Shown: positions 52,544-62,285, counted from the first letter of the stretch. The stretch is DNA of 64,000 nt from an uncultured Clostridiaceae bacterium (GCA_964546025.1 CAZJHT010000010.1:175-64174), one strand, 5' to 3'. Made by a program: numbers and translations. The notes: generated by a model from the letters alone, not told the origin.

Positions 52544-54961
52544 TTAGTTATACCTAAATAACATATTGTAAATGAATACTGCAGTTTCTGCTCTTGTTAC
52601 TTTAACTAATGGTTGATAACTAACATCGTACATTCCTCTTGCTAATCTGTCTCTATGTACAGTTGCAACTGATTTTACTGCCCAAGGTGCTATTGCGCCA
52701 TGGTCCTCATATCGTGTAGCAATTAATGATCCATCAGCATCTTTATATCCTAGATATCTTGCAGCGTTTACTACTATTGCAGCTGCTTCCTGTCTATTAA
52801 TATCACTGTTAGGATCAAAAACTGTAGTTGATCTACCATTTATAATACCTGCTTTATATGCTCCTGCTAAGTGGTTACGATACCACGCATTACTATTATC
52901 TACATCTGTAAATGGCATATCTGCTGGATCAGCTTCAAGTTGCAATATTCTTGCTATTAAAACTGCAAACTCTGCTCTTGTAACTAGTGCTTCTGGATCA
53001 TACAATTGTGCAGTTTTACCTGCTATCATTCCTTTTCCAGCTAGTATTTCAATAGCATCTTTATATAATGCATCTAACTCTACTGTGTCAGTGAATGCTA
53101 CTCTTAATGCTGCAGCAAAGTAATTACTGAATGTACTACGGAAGAACTCTACTTGTTTTGTCACAGAGTTATATACTCCGCCAACTTTCTCAATAGTACC
53201 ATCATCTTTTACTAAGAATACACTAATTTCTCTTGGATTATCGCCTTCTTTAAGTGTATAAGATACTGCAACCTTAATTCTCTGGTTAAAAGTAGTAACG
53301 CTTCTTGTGCTTTCTGTTTCTCCTGTAGATTTATTAACCCTAGCTACTGAAGCTGTTAGGTTAATTACTTCTGCACCTTCTGGAATGCTTTCACCAGCTG
53401 CTAAAGTAGCTCTTAGAGCTTCAACTTCATCAGGAGAGCTTCTCTTTGCACTTAAACTAATTTTTTCTTCATAGTCTTCTGAATCTTCTGTTTCAATTGT
53501 ATCTTTAGTTAACTCAAATGAAGCAACTGATGAGGATACTTTTACCTTATCAACTTGCTCAAATACTTCTTTTAAGTTAGGCAATGAAACTTCTACTTCA
53601 TCAACATCTTCAGCCTCAACATTGATTGAAACTTTTGTTTCTACTCTTGCCTTTGTTGTCGCAATATCATTATCTACTAACTCTTTTGCCATAGCTTCAG
53701 CTGCCGCTTTGGCTTTAGTTACCTGATCTGTTATAGAAGTTGTGGTTAAATTAGCTGTTGCTTTTCTCTCTAGCACTGTTGCAGTCACCTTTGTCGCGCC
53801 TGCCTTCTCTACTACTTTTGCAGCTAGCTCTTCAGCAACTCTCTCAAGTTCAATTACTTCCGCTCCAACCTCTTTTGCTGCTTTTGTTGTACTAGCAATT
53901 TGCTTAATTAATTCTGTTGCTTTCTCTTGAGCTTTTGCTGGATCTGTTATCAAAGCAATAGTATTAGATGCTGTATTTACAGTTTGTGCAATTTTTTGTA
54001 CTTGTACTTCAGCTTCGCCTACATTAGTACTGATAGTTTTTGTAACTGTCTCTAAATATTTGTTAGCATTACCCAATACTTTCTCTGCATCTTCTTCTGA
54101 CTGAGCATTAGTTGCTCTTTCACCTAAAATCTCTTCCGCTTCATCAATGTCTTCTTCATCAATCGCCTCATCAAACTCATCTACTACTGTAGCAGGAGGA
54201 GGCGTGACTGGTGTTGTGCCAGTATCTGGTGTAAAGTTGCTAACAATTCCTAATTTGCCACTAAAATAATTATTTACAACCGTTTTATCACTAGCGCTTA
54301 AGTCATTGTTATAAAAATCAATTAGATCATTGAAAGCGTCTTTAGCTTTAGTTCTAGCTTCTGGAGAATCATTTCCACCTATAATAAAATATGCATTTAG
54401 AAGAGAGTCAATTGTTCCGTTATCGCTATACCTATTCGTACTTGTATTCCTACGAATAATTCTAATCTTCAACTCGCTTGTGAGCTTAAGTCCTTCAAAA
54501 ACCCTATCAAGTCTAGTTACTCCTCTAGAGATTAGATCTTCATCTATACCAACAGAGCCAAATTGAATTCCTCTTGCATAAAATGCATCAGCAAAGCTAC
54601 TACTATTATTATCTCCTAAGTAACTTCTCATGTTAGAAAGTGTCGTGCTCGTCACAGTAGGATCACTAACAAACTGAACTACTAAATCATAAATCTCTTT
54701 TTCAGTATCAGATATTTCTGCTTCATGCATCGTATCTAAAGCTTCTACTATAGTTAGATATATATCTTTAAAATCATCTCTAGCATTATCGCTTAAAGCA
54801 TGGAAAGTATCTACCATATCCATAAACATTTCATTGTTATCCATATAAAACAACTCTTCTACAAACTTTACTATTGGATCAGCGCCTCCATAAGCAACAC
54901 CTGTAAAAAGTGACAGTGTCAATACAATTACCAAAATACTACTAAACAGTTTGCGTATCAA
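52544..54961 (-). CDS. Large secreted cell-wall protein with three C-terminal SLH domains
   Basis: Signal peptide, a Pro/Thr linker, an Ala/Glu/Lys-rich coiled-coil region and three SLH repeats (FTDT..., FTDVDNSNAWY..., YEDHGAIAPWA...). Start uncertain: TTG at 54961 is 9 nt after GAGAGGAG, and the track TTG at 54970 directly abuts the RBS. Confidence 0.85.
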   Translation of the reverse strand: MIRKLFSSILVIVLTLSLFTGVAYGGADPIVKFVEELFYMDNNEMFMDMVDTFHALSDNARDDFKDIYLTIVEALDTMHEAEISDTEKEIYDLVVQFVSDPTVTSTTLSNMRSYLGDNNSSSFADAFYARGIQFGSVGIDEDLISRGVTRLDRVFEGLKLTSELKIRIIRRNTSTNRYSDNGTIDSLLNAYFIIGGNDSPEARTKAKDAFNDLIDFYNNDLSASDKTVVNNYFSGKLGIVSNFTPDTGTTPVTPPPATVVDEFDEAIDEEDIDEAEEILGERATNAQSEEDAEKVLGNANKYLETVTKTISTNVGEAEVQVQKIAQTVNTASNTIALITDPAKAQEKATELIKQIASTTKAAKEVGAEVIELERVAEELAAKVVEKAGATKVTATVLERKATANLTTTSITDQVTKAKAAAEAMAKELVDNDIATTKARVETKVSINVEAEDVDEVEVSLPNLKEVFEQVDKVKVSSSVASFELTKDTIETEDSEDYEEKISLSAKRSSPDEVEALRATLAAGESIPEGAEVINLTASVARVNKSTGETESTRSVTTFNQRIKVAVSYTLKEGDNPREISVFLVKDDGTIEKVGGVYNSVTKQVEFFRSTFSNYFAAALRVAFTDTVELDALYKDAIEILAGKGMIAGKTAQLYDPEALVTRAEFAVLIARILQLEADPADMPFTDVDNSNAWYRNHLAGAYKAGIINGRSTTVFDPNSDINRQEAAAIVVNAARYLGYKDADGSLIATRYEDHGAIAPWAVKSVATVHRDRLARGMYDVSYQPLVKVTRAETAVFIYNMLFRYN

Positions 54962-55373
54962 AAAAACCAACTCCTCTCAAATATTGAATTTGTTTTCATC
55001 TGCCTTCAATACCTCATAAACAAAGACAATCTAGAGAATCTGTCATTTGTTTGTGACATTTGCCATCTATCTTATAGCTTCATTGTAATATTTTTACATT
55101 GTGAGCTACAGATAACCACATATCACATTTGAGATATGACCTTTTAGAAGGATTTTTATACTTTAGTTCTGGGTTACTAAGAAGTAGTCTAAATACTTTT
55201 ACCTGATGTTTGTCACGTGTGAGTTAAATCTACTGAAATGAATTGTTCTGTTATTATTTAGACACTATACATAAAAAGGCAAGAAAACTACAAATTACTC
55301 ACATTAATTTTACTCCATTAAACGCCTACATTCAACAGTATTTCAATAATAATCGAGACTTTTTATACACTTT

Positions 55374-55835
55374 TCATACTGAAATCACACCTTGACTTAC
55401 AAATAAAACAATTAACCCCGCAATTAGGTTGCCAATCATTACTGCTGGTAGAATCCATTTAAATCTCATGTTCAGCAATGTAGCTGCTAGTGTGCCAGTA
55501 TAAACGCCTGTACCTGGCAGTGGTATGGCTACTAAAAGAATCAGTCCGACAAATCCATACTTTTGTATCCTTTGACCTTTGTTAAGTGCTCGATTTGAAA
55601 CTTTCTCTACTATATCTTTTAACACAGTTTTCTTTAGCCATTCTACAACTGGTCTGAATGCAAAAACTATGATAGGTACTGGTAATAAACTACCAAAATA
55701 GCTTATTATAAATGCATGAAGTGGAGACATGCCAAGAGCTATTCCCATTGGGATTGCTCCTCTAAGTTCTATAATGGGTATTGCTGCAACAATTAATACT
55801 TTTAATTCTATAGTTAATAACTCTAAAATTCTCAA
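55374..55835 (-). CDS. Small multidrug-export-like membrane protein (COG2426 / PF06695-type)
   Basis: 153 aa with IPIIELRGAIPMGIALG. TTG start after GGAGG and TGA stop. Confidence 0.72.
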   Translation of the reverse strand: MRILELLTIELKVLIVAAIPIIELRGAIPMGIALGMSPLHAFIISYFGSLLPVPIIVFAFRPVVEWLKKTVLKDIVEKVSNRALNKGQRIQKYGFVGLILLVAIPLPGTGVYTGTLAATLLNMRFKWILPAVMIGNLIAGLIVLFVSQGVISV

Positions 55836-55849
55836 AACTTTTCCTCCGC

Positions 55850-56554
55850 CTACAGTACAAATTTTTTCTCAATGTTTTTAAAATGCTCTTCTTCAACTAT
55901 GCTTTCAAGTTTTATATAGCTTTTTAACTTTTTAAATAATGCGTCTACTTCGTCTTCACTTAATACAATATTTCTTTTTTCTAAATCACTCTTGAGACTC
56001 TCAATTAAATTTTCTTTCTTTAGTACTAACACATCTTTTGATATGTTCTTGATTTCTTTTAATTGGCAATCAGCCTTAAATAAAATAACAGATATAAACT
56101 TTTCAGTTGATATATCAGCAGTTTTCGCTAATAGGTTTATGTATGTCTCATTAAGCCATATAGGATTATAAAACTTATTATGCTCTCCATCATGATTTTC
56201 TATCCATTGCATCTGTTCTTGATCTGCTTTAATTTCACCTTGTCTGTCTTTTGGCTGAATCACATAAACGCCTTTTTGCGTTATCATTACTATGTCAATC
56301 AATATCTCTGATCCATCTTCTTTTTCTAAATGCAGTCTTGTTAAGAGTCTTTTATATCCTGGAATTTTATCTAACATATAAAATGTCATAAATTCACTAT
56401 ATATACTTATATCAAAAAGTTTCCCTATATCTTTCCATGTAGCATTTCCTTTACTTGCTTTGAAAAACTTAAGGAAGCTCCATACAAAGAAGATTTTTAC
56501 ATTTATAACGGCTATTTTATATATAACTACAACTAAACCGATTAGTCTTAACAT
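55850..56554 (-). CDS. NERD (nuclease-related domain) protein with an N-terminal membrane anchor
   Basis: 234 aa with an N-terminal hydrophobic helix. The core ILIDIVMITQKGVYVIQPKD...YNPIWLNETYINLL is typical of NERD proteins. Confidence 0.68.
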   Translation of the reverse strand: MLRLIGLVVVIYKIAVINVKIFFVWSFLKFFKASKGNATWKDIGKLFDISIYSEFMTFYMLDKIPGYKRLLTRLHLEKEDGSEILIDIVMITQKGVYVIQPKDRQGEIKADQEQMQWIENHDGEHNKFYNPIWLNETYINLLAKTADISTEKFISVILFKADCQLKEIKNISKDVLVLKKENLIESLKSDLEKRNIVLSEDEVDALFKKLKSYIKLESIVEEEHFKNIEKKFVL

Positions 56555-56656
56555 GTTAAATCTCCTTTTAATTTTTAATAATTACAAGTAATCGCTACTA
56601 GTATACCCATTATATAGCAAAAGATTGCATTGTGAAATATTAATAATTGAATAGCC

Positions 56657-56699
56657 TCTACATTTCCGTAAGATTAATGTAGATTTTATTATCTTTTTT
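56657..56699 (+). terminator. Orphan terminator-like hairpin with a U-tract on the plus strand
   Basis: TCTACATT-N11-AATGTAGA followed by TTTTATTATCTTTTTT. No plus-strand CDS lies upstream. Confidence 0.35.
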
Positions 56700-56821
56700 C
56701 ATTATATTCTTTACTTTTATTTGCAGCGAAATATCTTTATATTAAATAATGTCAAATTCTATTGAATTATTACCATTTTTAATATAAGATTTATGTAGTA
56801 CACAAAAGGAGGACATTTAAA

Positions 56822-57220
56822 GTGTCTAAACAAGATATAACTCTCAATTTTAGTGATGGCTTTAATGGTGAATTAGTGGTTAAGAATGGAACATTCAATG
56901 TAGGTGGGAATGAAGGACAATTACTACCTTATGATATGTATTTAGGAGCTCTTGGCTCTTGCTTTTATGCTACATTTCTTGAAATTATAGAAAAGAAAAA
57001 AATTACTTATGATAGCGCATCAATTCGCATCACAGGAGAAAAACGCAAAGAAGTACCAACATTATTATCATGGGTAAACTTAGATATTACGATAATAAAT
57101 CCCTCAACAGAAAAAGGACTCGAAAAGTCTGCTGAGTTAGCGGGTAAGTACTGCTCTGTTTATCAAACTACTTCTAAAGTAGCTGATATTACGTGGAATT
57201 TAAAAATAGAAAGTAACTAG
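56822..57220 (+). CDS. OsmC/Ohr-family peroxiredoxin-like protein
   Basis: 132 aa with two conserved Cys contexts (LGSCFYATF, KYCSVYQ). GTG start 8 nt after AAAGGAGG. Confidence 0.85.
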   Translation: MSKQDITLNFSDGFNGELVVKNGTFNVGGNEGQLLPYDMYLGALGSCFYATFLEIIEKKKITYDSASIRITGEKRKEVPTLLSWVNLDITIINPSTEKGLEKSAELAGKYCSVYQTTSKVADITWNLKIESN

Positions 57221-57221
57221 C

Positions 57222-57256
57222 AAAAGCAGCCATTTTTAATTATGGCTGCTTTCTTA
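57222..57256. terminator. Bidirectional terminator between convergent genes
   Basis: AAAGCAGCCAT-ttttaatt-ATGGCTGCTTT. Confidence 0.75.
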
Positions 57257-59174
57257 ATATATCCTCTATTGCTTCAGCTGACTTTGGTTTATAAAAATAG
57301 TATCCCTGCCCAAGTTTGCATCCTATTTCTTTTAAGAAATTGCAACTTTCTTCATTCTCAATTCCTTCTGCTATTACCTCTAGGTTTAGATTCTTTCCCA
57401 AGCTTACTGCCGATTTTACAAAATCTTTATTCTTCTTGTATTCCATCTCTATAACAAAACTTCTATCTATTTTCATAAAGTCAATTGGCATCTCTTGTAA
57501 ATACCTAAATGATGAATAACCTATTCCAAAATCATCAAGAGATACTTTTATACCTAAGTTTCTTAAATTAGTCAAAACTTCATTAGCTCTCTCAATGTTT
57601 TCTATAACAACATCCTCTGTTATTTCTATGCTTATAAATTCACCCGGCATATCATATTTTTGTAGCACTTTACTAAACTCACTTGCTAAATCTGTCTGGT
57701 GAATTTCTAAAGGCGATATGTTAATAGCCATTGTAAAGTACCCATAACCTTTATCATGCCACTCTCTTAACTGTCTAACGCTTTCATTAGTAACATATTT
57801 TCCAATTTCTTTTATGAAACCCTTTTTCTCTGCTAAACTAATAAAACCATCTGGGTAAACCACTCCCCTACTAGGGTGGTTCCATCTAACTAAAGCTTCA
57901 AATCCAATTATTTTTCTCTTCTCTAAACAAATAAATGGTTGGTACTCCAAGAATAGCTCATCTTCTTCTATTGCTTTCCTTAAATCACCCTCTAAGCTAA
58001 ACTCTTTAGCTTTAATATTAGATATTTCTTCTGAATAATACAAAACACTATTTTCATAGCTCTTTCTTGCCTCCACCATGGTAACTCTTGCATCTTTAAC
58101 TAAATCATATGGATCTTTGTAATTAATAGAGTTAGCTATGCCGACACTTAGTGACATATAGTGACTTATACCTTTCTCTACTCTTTCTTCTTCTAATTTG
58201 TTAAATAAACTTTCTACAAAACTATTTACTCTATCATCGTTAGTAATTACTATAAATTCAAAGGCCTCTTGATAGCTTAGAAAATAATCATCATTTTTTA
58301 TTTCTTTCATAATATCAACTAAATGACTTAATCTTTCAATCAAATACTCATAACCCATTGCATTCTCAATTTCTATGTAATCATCAAGACCAATATAAAT
58401 CACAGAAAAACAGCTCTCTTTTTCTTGTAATTTTTCTTTAATTAATGCTGCTGCGCTATGCCTATTTGGCAAGTTTGTCTCTTGATTGTAATAAGCTAAG
58501 TTTTCTACTTCTTCTCTTAGATTAAAGTACTCATCAAAATCAGATATTACACCAACCATTCTGACAACTTCCCCACTACTATTCCATTTAGCAGAACCTG
58601 TATTCATTACCCAGATATAATTATCTTCTGTATCCTTAACTCTGAAAAAAGATCGATACACATCTACTTCTTTACTCAAATATGAATTGATCTGAGAGTA
58701 AAACTTGTCATAATCATCAGGATGAAGTATCCTATCTAAACTATCAAACAGATTTCCTTGTTCTAATCCAAGTGATCTAACCAGCCAAGAGGACATATTA
58801 AGCTGATCTTTCTTAAAGTCATAGTCCCAAATTCCTTCTACTCCTTTAAGAGCAAGCTCATATCTATTTTTACTTTCTTGAAGCCTTTCTTCCTTTAATT
58901 GTAATTCCTTATAAGCAATATCAAGTTTTTCAAGGCTTTCCTGTAGTTTACTATTTGCTACCTCAATTTGCTTTAGTCTTCTTTCTACAAGCATGTATAT
59001 TAACAATGCGGAAATAAAAACAAAAGCCACACCTTTCACATTTTGTGCAAATTGCGTATTACTAATTACAGAATATACTAGATAATCAGAGAATATTATC
59101 CACAAGACACCAAACCCTAAGTACCAAAGTGCTATTTTGATCGCTTCTTTGTATGAAAAGTACTTGTTTCTCAT
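57240..59174 (-). CDS. Membrane-anchored PAS / degenerate-GGDEF / EAL protein (probable c-di-GMP phosphodiesterase)
   Basis: Two N-terminal TM helices, a coiled coil and a PAS domain. The GGDEF position reads YQEAFEF (degenerate). EAL motifs appear intact (EALVRW, DDFGIGYSS, KIDRSF, EGIENEE). Confidence 0.9.
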   Translation of the reverse strand: MRNKYFSYKEAIKIALWYLGFGVLWIIFSDYLVYSVISNTQFAQNVKGVAFVFISALLIYMLVERRLKQIEVANSKLQESLEKLDIAYKELQLKEERLQESKNRYELALKGVEGIWDYDFKKDQLNMSSWLVRSLGLEQGNLFDSLDRILHPDDYDKFYSQINSYLSKEVDVYRSFFRVKDTEDNYIWVMNTGSAKWNSSGEVVRMVGVISDFDEYFNLREEVENLAYYNQETNLPNRHSAAALIKEKLQEKESCFSVIYIGLDDYIEIENAMGYEYLIERLSHLVDIMKEIKNDDYFLSYQEAFEFIVITNDDRVNSFVESLFNKLEEERVEKGISHYMSLSVGIANSINYKDPYDLVKDARVTMVEARKSYENSVLYYSEEISNIKAKEFSLEGDLRKAIEEDELFLEYQPFICLEKRKIIGFEALVRWNHPSRGVVYPDGFISLAEKKGFIKEIGKYVTNESVRQLREWHDKGYGYFTMAINISPLEIHQTDLASEFSKVLQKYDMPGEFISIEITEDVVIENIERANEVLTNLRNLGIKVSLDDFGIGYSSFRYLQEMPIDFMKIDRSFVIEMEYKKNKDFVKSAVSLGKNLNLEVIAEGIENEESCNFLKEIGCKLGQGYYFYKPKSAEAIEDILRKQP

Positions 59175-59193
59175 GGCCTTCTCCTTCTCAATT

Positions 59194-60087
59194 CTATATA
59201 TAAGCTGCTCCTAAAATTCCCGCTTGATTTCCAAGCCTTGCTACATTTAATTTAAAATCATGATTGCCATAAATATATCTCTTTATCTCTTTATTTAATT
59301 GGGTAACAAGAAATTCCCCTTCTTCACTTATTCCCCCACCGATTAGCACTAATTCTGGTTGAATTATTGTGATTAAGTTTGATATTCCAATTGCTAAATA
59401 ATAAATATGCCTGCTCATTAATCTTTGTGCATATTGGTCTCCTATCTTTGCAAGTCTATAAATCTCTTTTCCAGTTATTCTACCCTTTTTCAGTTCCGTA
59501 TCTTTTACACCATTTACATTTTTCTCTGCATAATTTACTAACGACTTCATTGAAGCATAAGCCTCAAAGCAACCTTGCTTACCACATCCACATAACTCCC
59601 CATCTGCAACTATTACATGGTGTCCAATTTCACCAGCAAAACCATTATGACCAGTATAAATTTTTTTGTTTATAACAAGGCCTCCACCAATTCCTGTGCC
59701 TATTGTCACTTGCAGTATATCACTATAGCCTCTTGCTTGACCAAAAAGCATTTCTCCATATACTGCACAATTAGCGTCATTTTCTATTTTTACTTTAACA
59801 TTAAGCTTATTACTCAAAAGTTTAGCTAGGTTAATATCCTTAAAAGGCAGATTGCTTGAAAATATAACCTTTCCCTTTCTTGAATCAACTGCTCCAGGTA
59901 TTCCTGCTCCTATATTTTCTAAGTTATCTACTTTTATTTCGTTATATATATTGAATACACTTGATAGAATTTCTTCGATCGTCCATCTTTTATTTGTATA
60001 TATATCTTTTTTCTTTAGTATATTCCCTTCATTGTCTACTAACGCTCCAGCAATGTGTCTCCCGCCTATATCAAAGCCTATTCTCAT
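59194..60087 (-). CDS. ROK-family glucokinase
   Basis: DIGGRHIAG, the ROK signature and the zinc motif CGCGKQGCFEAY. ATGA-type overlap with pgi. Confidence 0.88.
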   Translation of the reverse strand: MRIGFDIGGRHIAGALVDNEGNILKKKDIYTNKRWTIEEILSSVFNIYNEIKVDNLENIGAGIPGAVDSRKGKVIFSSNLPFKDINLAKLLSNKLNVKVKIENDANCAVYGEMLFGQARGYSDILQVTIGTGIGGGLVINKKIYTGHNGFAGEIGHHVIVADGELCGCGKQGCFEAYASMKSLVNYAEKNVNGVKDTELKKGRITGKEIYRLAKIGDQYAQRLMSRHIYYLAIGISNLITIIQPELVLIGGGISEEGEFLVTQLNKEIKRYIYGNHDFKLNVARLGNQAGILGAAYI

Positions 60088-61397
60088 TTTTTATCTCTCT
60101 CACAAATTGTATCTAAATTAATTTTTATTTCCCTTTTATACTCCTCAACACCTGGCTGATTAAAAGGATTGAGCTCTAGCAATAATGAACTTAGTGCACA
60201 AGATTTTTGGAAGAAATAAAACAATTTGCCAATTGTCTTCTCATCAAGAGATTCAAGCTCAATCATTAGATTAGGAGAGTCCCCAGAATAATGAGCATTA
60301 ACAACTCCATTTTTTACACAATTTAATATCTCATTATATGAAACCCCTGCTAAGTAATTAAGATTACCCAGATCATCGTTGTCATCTTTTATTTTCATCT
60401 CTATACTGTTTTTTATTACTAAAGATGTTTGCATAAATGTTTTATCACCGCTTTGAAGTAATTGACCTAATGAATGCAAGTCAGTTGTAAACATAAGAGA
60501 TGTAGGGAACAATCCTTTTCCTTCTTTACCTTCACTTTCAGCAAATAATTGTTTATACCACTCTGCAAAATATCTGAGTTTCTCTTTATAATAAGAAAAT
60601 ACCTCGATTTTTTTGCCACTTTGATATAGAAGATATCTAATTGCTGCATAAAGATAGCTTGGATGGTCCATTCTAAAATCTTTCATTTCAAGTGCTTGTT
60701 CTTTTGCACCCTCCATAACTTTTCTAATATTAATGCCAGCCACTGCCATTGGTAAAAGGCCTACTGTGGATAAAACAGAATATCTACCACTTATATTATC
60801 TGAAATAGGTAAACTGACTAAATCATACTTATTAGTGTAATCTCTTAAAAGTCCTTTATCCCCTGTGGTAACAATAATTCTACTAAGAGCTTCTTCTTCT
60901 CCATATTTCGTGATCAATGCTTCTTTTAGGTGCCTAAAAGCCAATAATGTTTCAAATGTAGTTCCTGACTTAGAAATTACATTTATCACTACATCTTTAT
61001 GATTTATAATCTCTAATAATTCAAGCAAATAATCTGGGTCTATATTATACCCTGCAAAGTATATCTCTGGGTTTCCAGTTCTATCTTTTCCAAGTTGATT
61101 GTAAAATGTATGGGTGAGTGCACTAATAGCTGCTCTAGCTCCTAAGTACGAACCACCAATCCCTATAACTATAAAAGCGTTCTTCTCTCTTGCTTTACTT
61201 GCAATACTGATTATATTATTAAGTTCTAAATCACTAACCTTAGTTGGATAGTCTATCCACTCAGCTCCATTATTGCAAAGCCCTTCTTGTCTATGTAAGA
61301 TTTCATGAGCGTTACGTAACTTATCTTCAATATTTAATAAATCAATCTTGTTAATATACTTATCGGCATATTTAGTTATTAACTTGATACCAGACAT
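60084..61397 (-). CDS. pgi: Glucose-6-phosphate isomerase
   Basis: 437 aa with IGIGGSYLG, SKSGTT, GRYSVLS and ESEGK motifs. Confidence 0.93.
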   Translation of the reverse strand: MSGIKLITKYADKYINKIDLLNIEDKLRNAHEILHRQEGLCNNGAEWIDYPTKVSDLELNNIISIASKAREKNAFIVIGIGGSYLGARAAISALTHTFYNQLGKDRTGNPEIYFAGYNIDPDYLLELLEIINHKDVVINVISKSGTTFETLLAFRHLKEALITKYGEEEALSRIIVTTGDKGLLRDYTNKYDLVSLPISDNISGRYSVLSTVGLLPMAVAGINIRKVMEGAKEQALEMKDFRMDHPSYLYAAIRYLLYQSGKKIEVFSYYKEKLRYFAEWYKQLFAESEGKEGKGLFPTSLMFTTDLHSLGQLLQSGDKTFMQTSLVIKNSIEMKIKDDNDDLGNLNYLAGVSYNEILNCVKNGVVNAHYSGDSPNLMIELESLDEKTIGKLFYFFQKSCALSSLLLELNPFNQPGVEEYKREIKINLDTICERDKK

Positions 61398-61518
61398 CTA
61401 ATCATCTCCATAATCTAAAATAGTATTATTTACTAATTCTACCAATAAGTTTGATTCCCTGCTTTTTCACTATATTTAAAACAAAAGGTCTATCCATATA
61501 AAAGGATAAACCAATACT

Positions 61519-62274
61519 TTATAGCTGCAATATTTCTTTTAAATCTGAGTATTTGTCTCTTGCTAAAGGTATTTCTTCTTTTCCATTTTCCATTTCTATT
61601 ATATATGCATTAGCACCATCAGATCTTAAAGACCTTACCTTTAGGGTGTTAACAATATAGCTTTTGTGACACCTAAAGAAATGGTAACCCTTAAGTTTTT
61701 TCTCCCAACTCTTAAGTGTCCCTCTTTGACAATGTTCTTGCCCCTTTATATAAAAGCAAACAACACCAGACTCAATCTTTAAGTATTCTATATCAGAAGG
61801 ATTGAAATGCAAAAGTTCAGAACCCTTCCATATTTGGACTTTTTTTTGTGAGCTATTGCTCTCTAAACCATTTAGCCCAGGAACTTGTCCTCTTATATCC
61901 TTTTCATACTTATCTAAGCCTATCTCTATGCTTACTCTTAAATCATCTTCATTAATTGGTTTTATTACATATCCATATACATTTGTAGACTTAGCTCTCT
62001 CAAGTGTTTTATCATCACTATGAGCAGTTAAATAAATAATAGGGACATTTTTCAGTTCTGATATCTGTTTTGCTGCATCAACACCATCTATCTCACCTTG
62101 TAGTCTAATATCCATTAACACAAGTGAAACATCATTCCCTTTTACAAAATCGATGGCTTGCTTCCCACTATTAACTACTCCTTCAACTATATAACCAAGA
62201 GAAATCAATCGCTCCATCAATTCAAGAGCAATTATATTTTCATCTTCTACAATGAGTATCCTTTTCTTATCCAT
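61519..62274 (-). CDS. Response regulator, CheY-like receiver + LytTR DNA-binding domain
   Basis: ILIVEDE...LVLMDIRL...(T)AHSD...KP receiver, and a C-terminal LytTR domain (FFRCHKSYIVN). Start trimmed to the ATG at 62274, with GGAAGG 5 nt upstream. Confidence 0.9.
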   Translation of the reverse strand: MDKKRILIVEDENIIALELMERLISLGYIVEGVVNSGKQAIDFVKGNDVSLVLMDIRLQGEIDGVDAAKQISELKNVPIIYLTAHSDDKTLERAKSTNVYGYVIKPINEDDLRVSIEIGLDKYEKDIRGQVPGLNGLESNSSQKKVQIWKGSELLHFNPSDIEYLKIESGVVCFYIKGQEHCQRGTLKSWEKKLKGYHFFRCHKSYIVNTLKVRSLRSDGANAYIIEMENGKEEIPLARDKYSDLKEILQL

Positions 62275-62285
62275 AATTACCTTCC

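Noticed and set aside
54971-55015. 13-codon uORF (MKTNSIFERSWFF) overlapping the SLH gene RBS, considered as a regulatory leader peptide.
   Set aside because: It has only a weak RBS (GAAGG 3 nt from the ATG) and no recognisable attenuation structure. Short ORFs of this size are expected by chance in AT-rich DNA.
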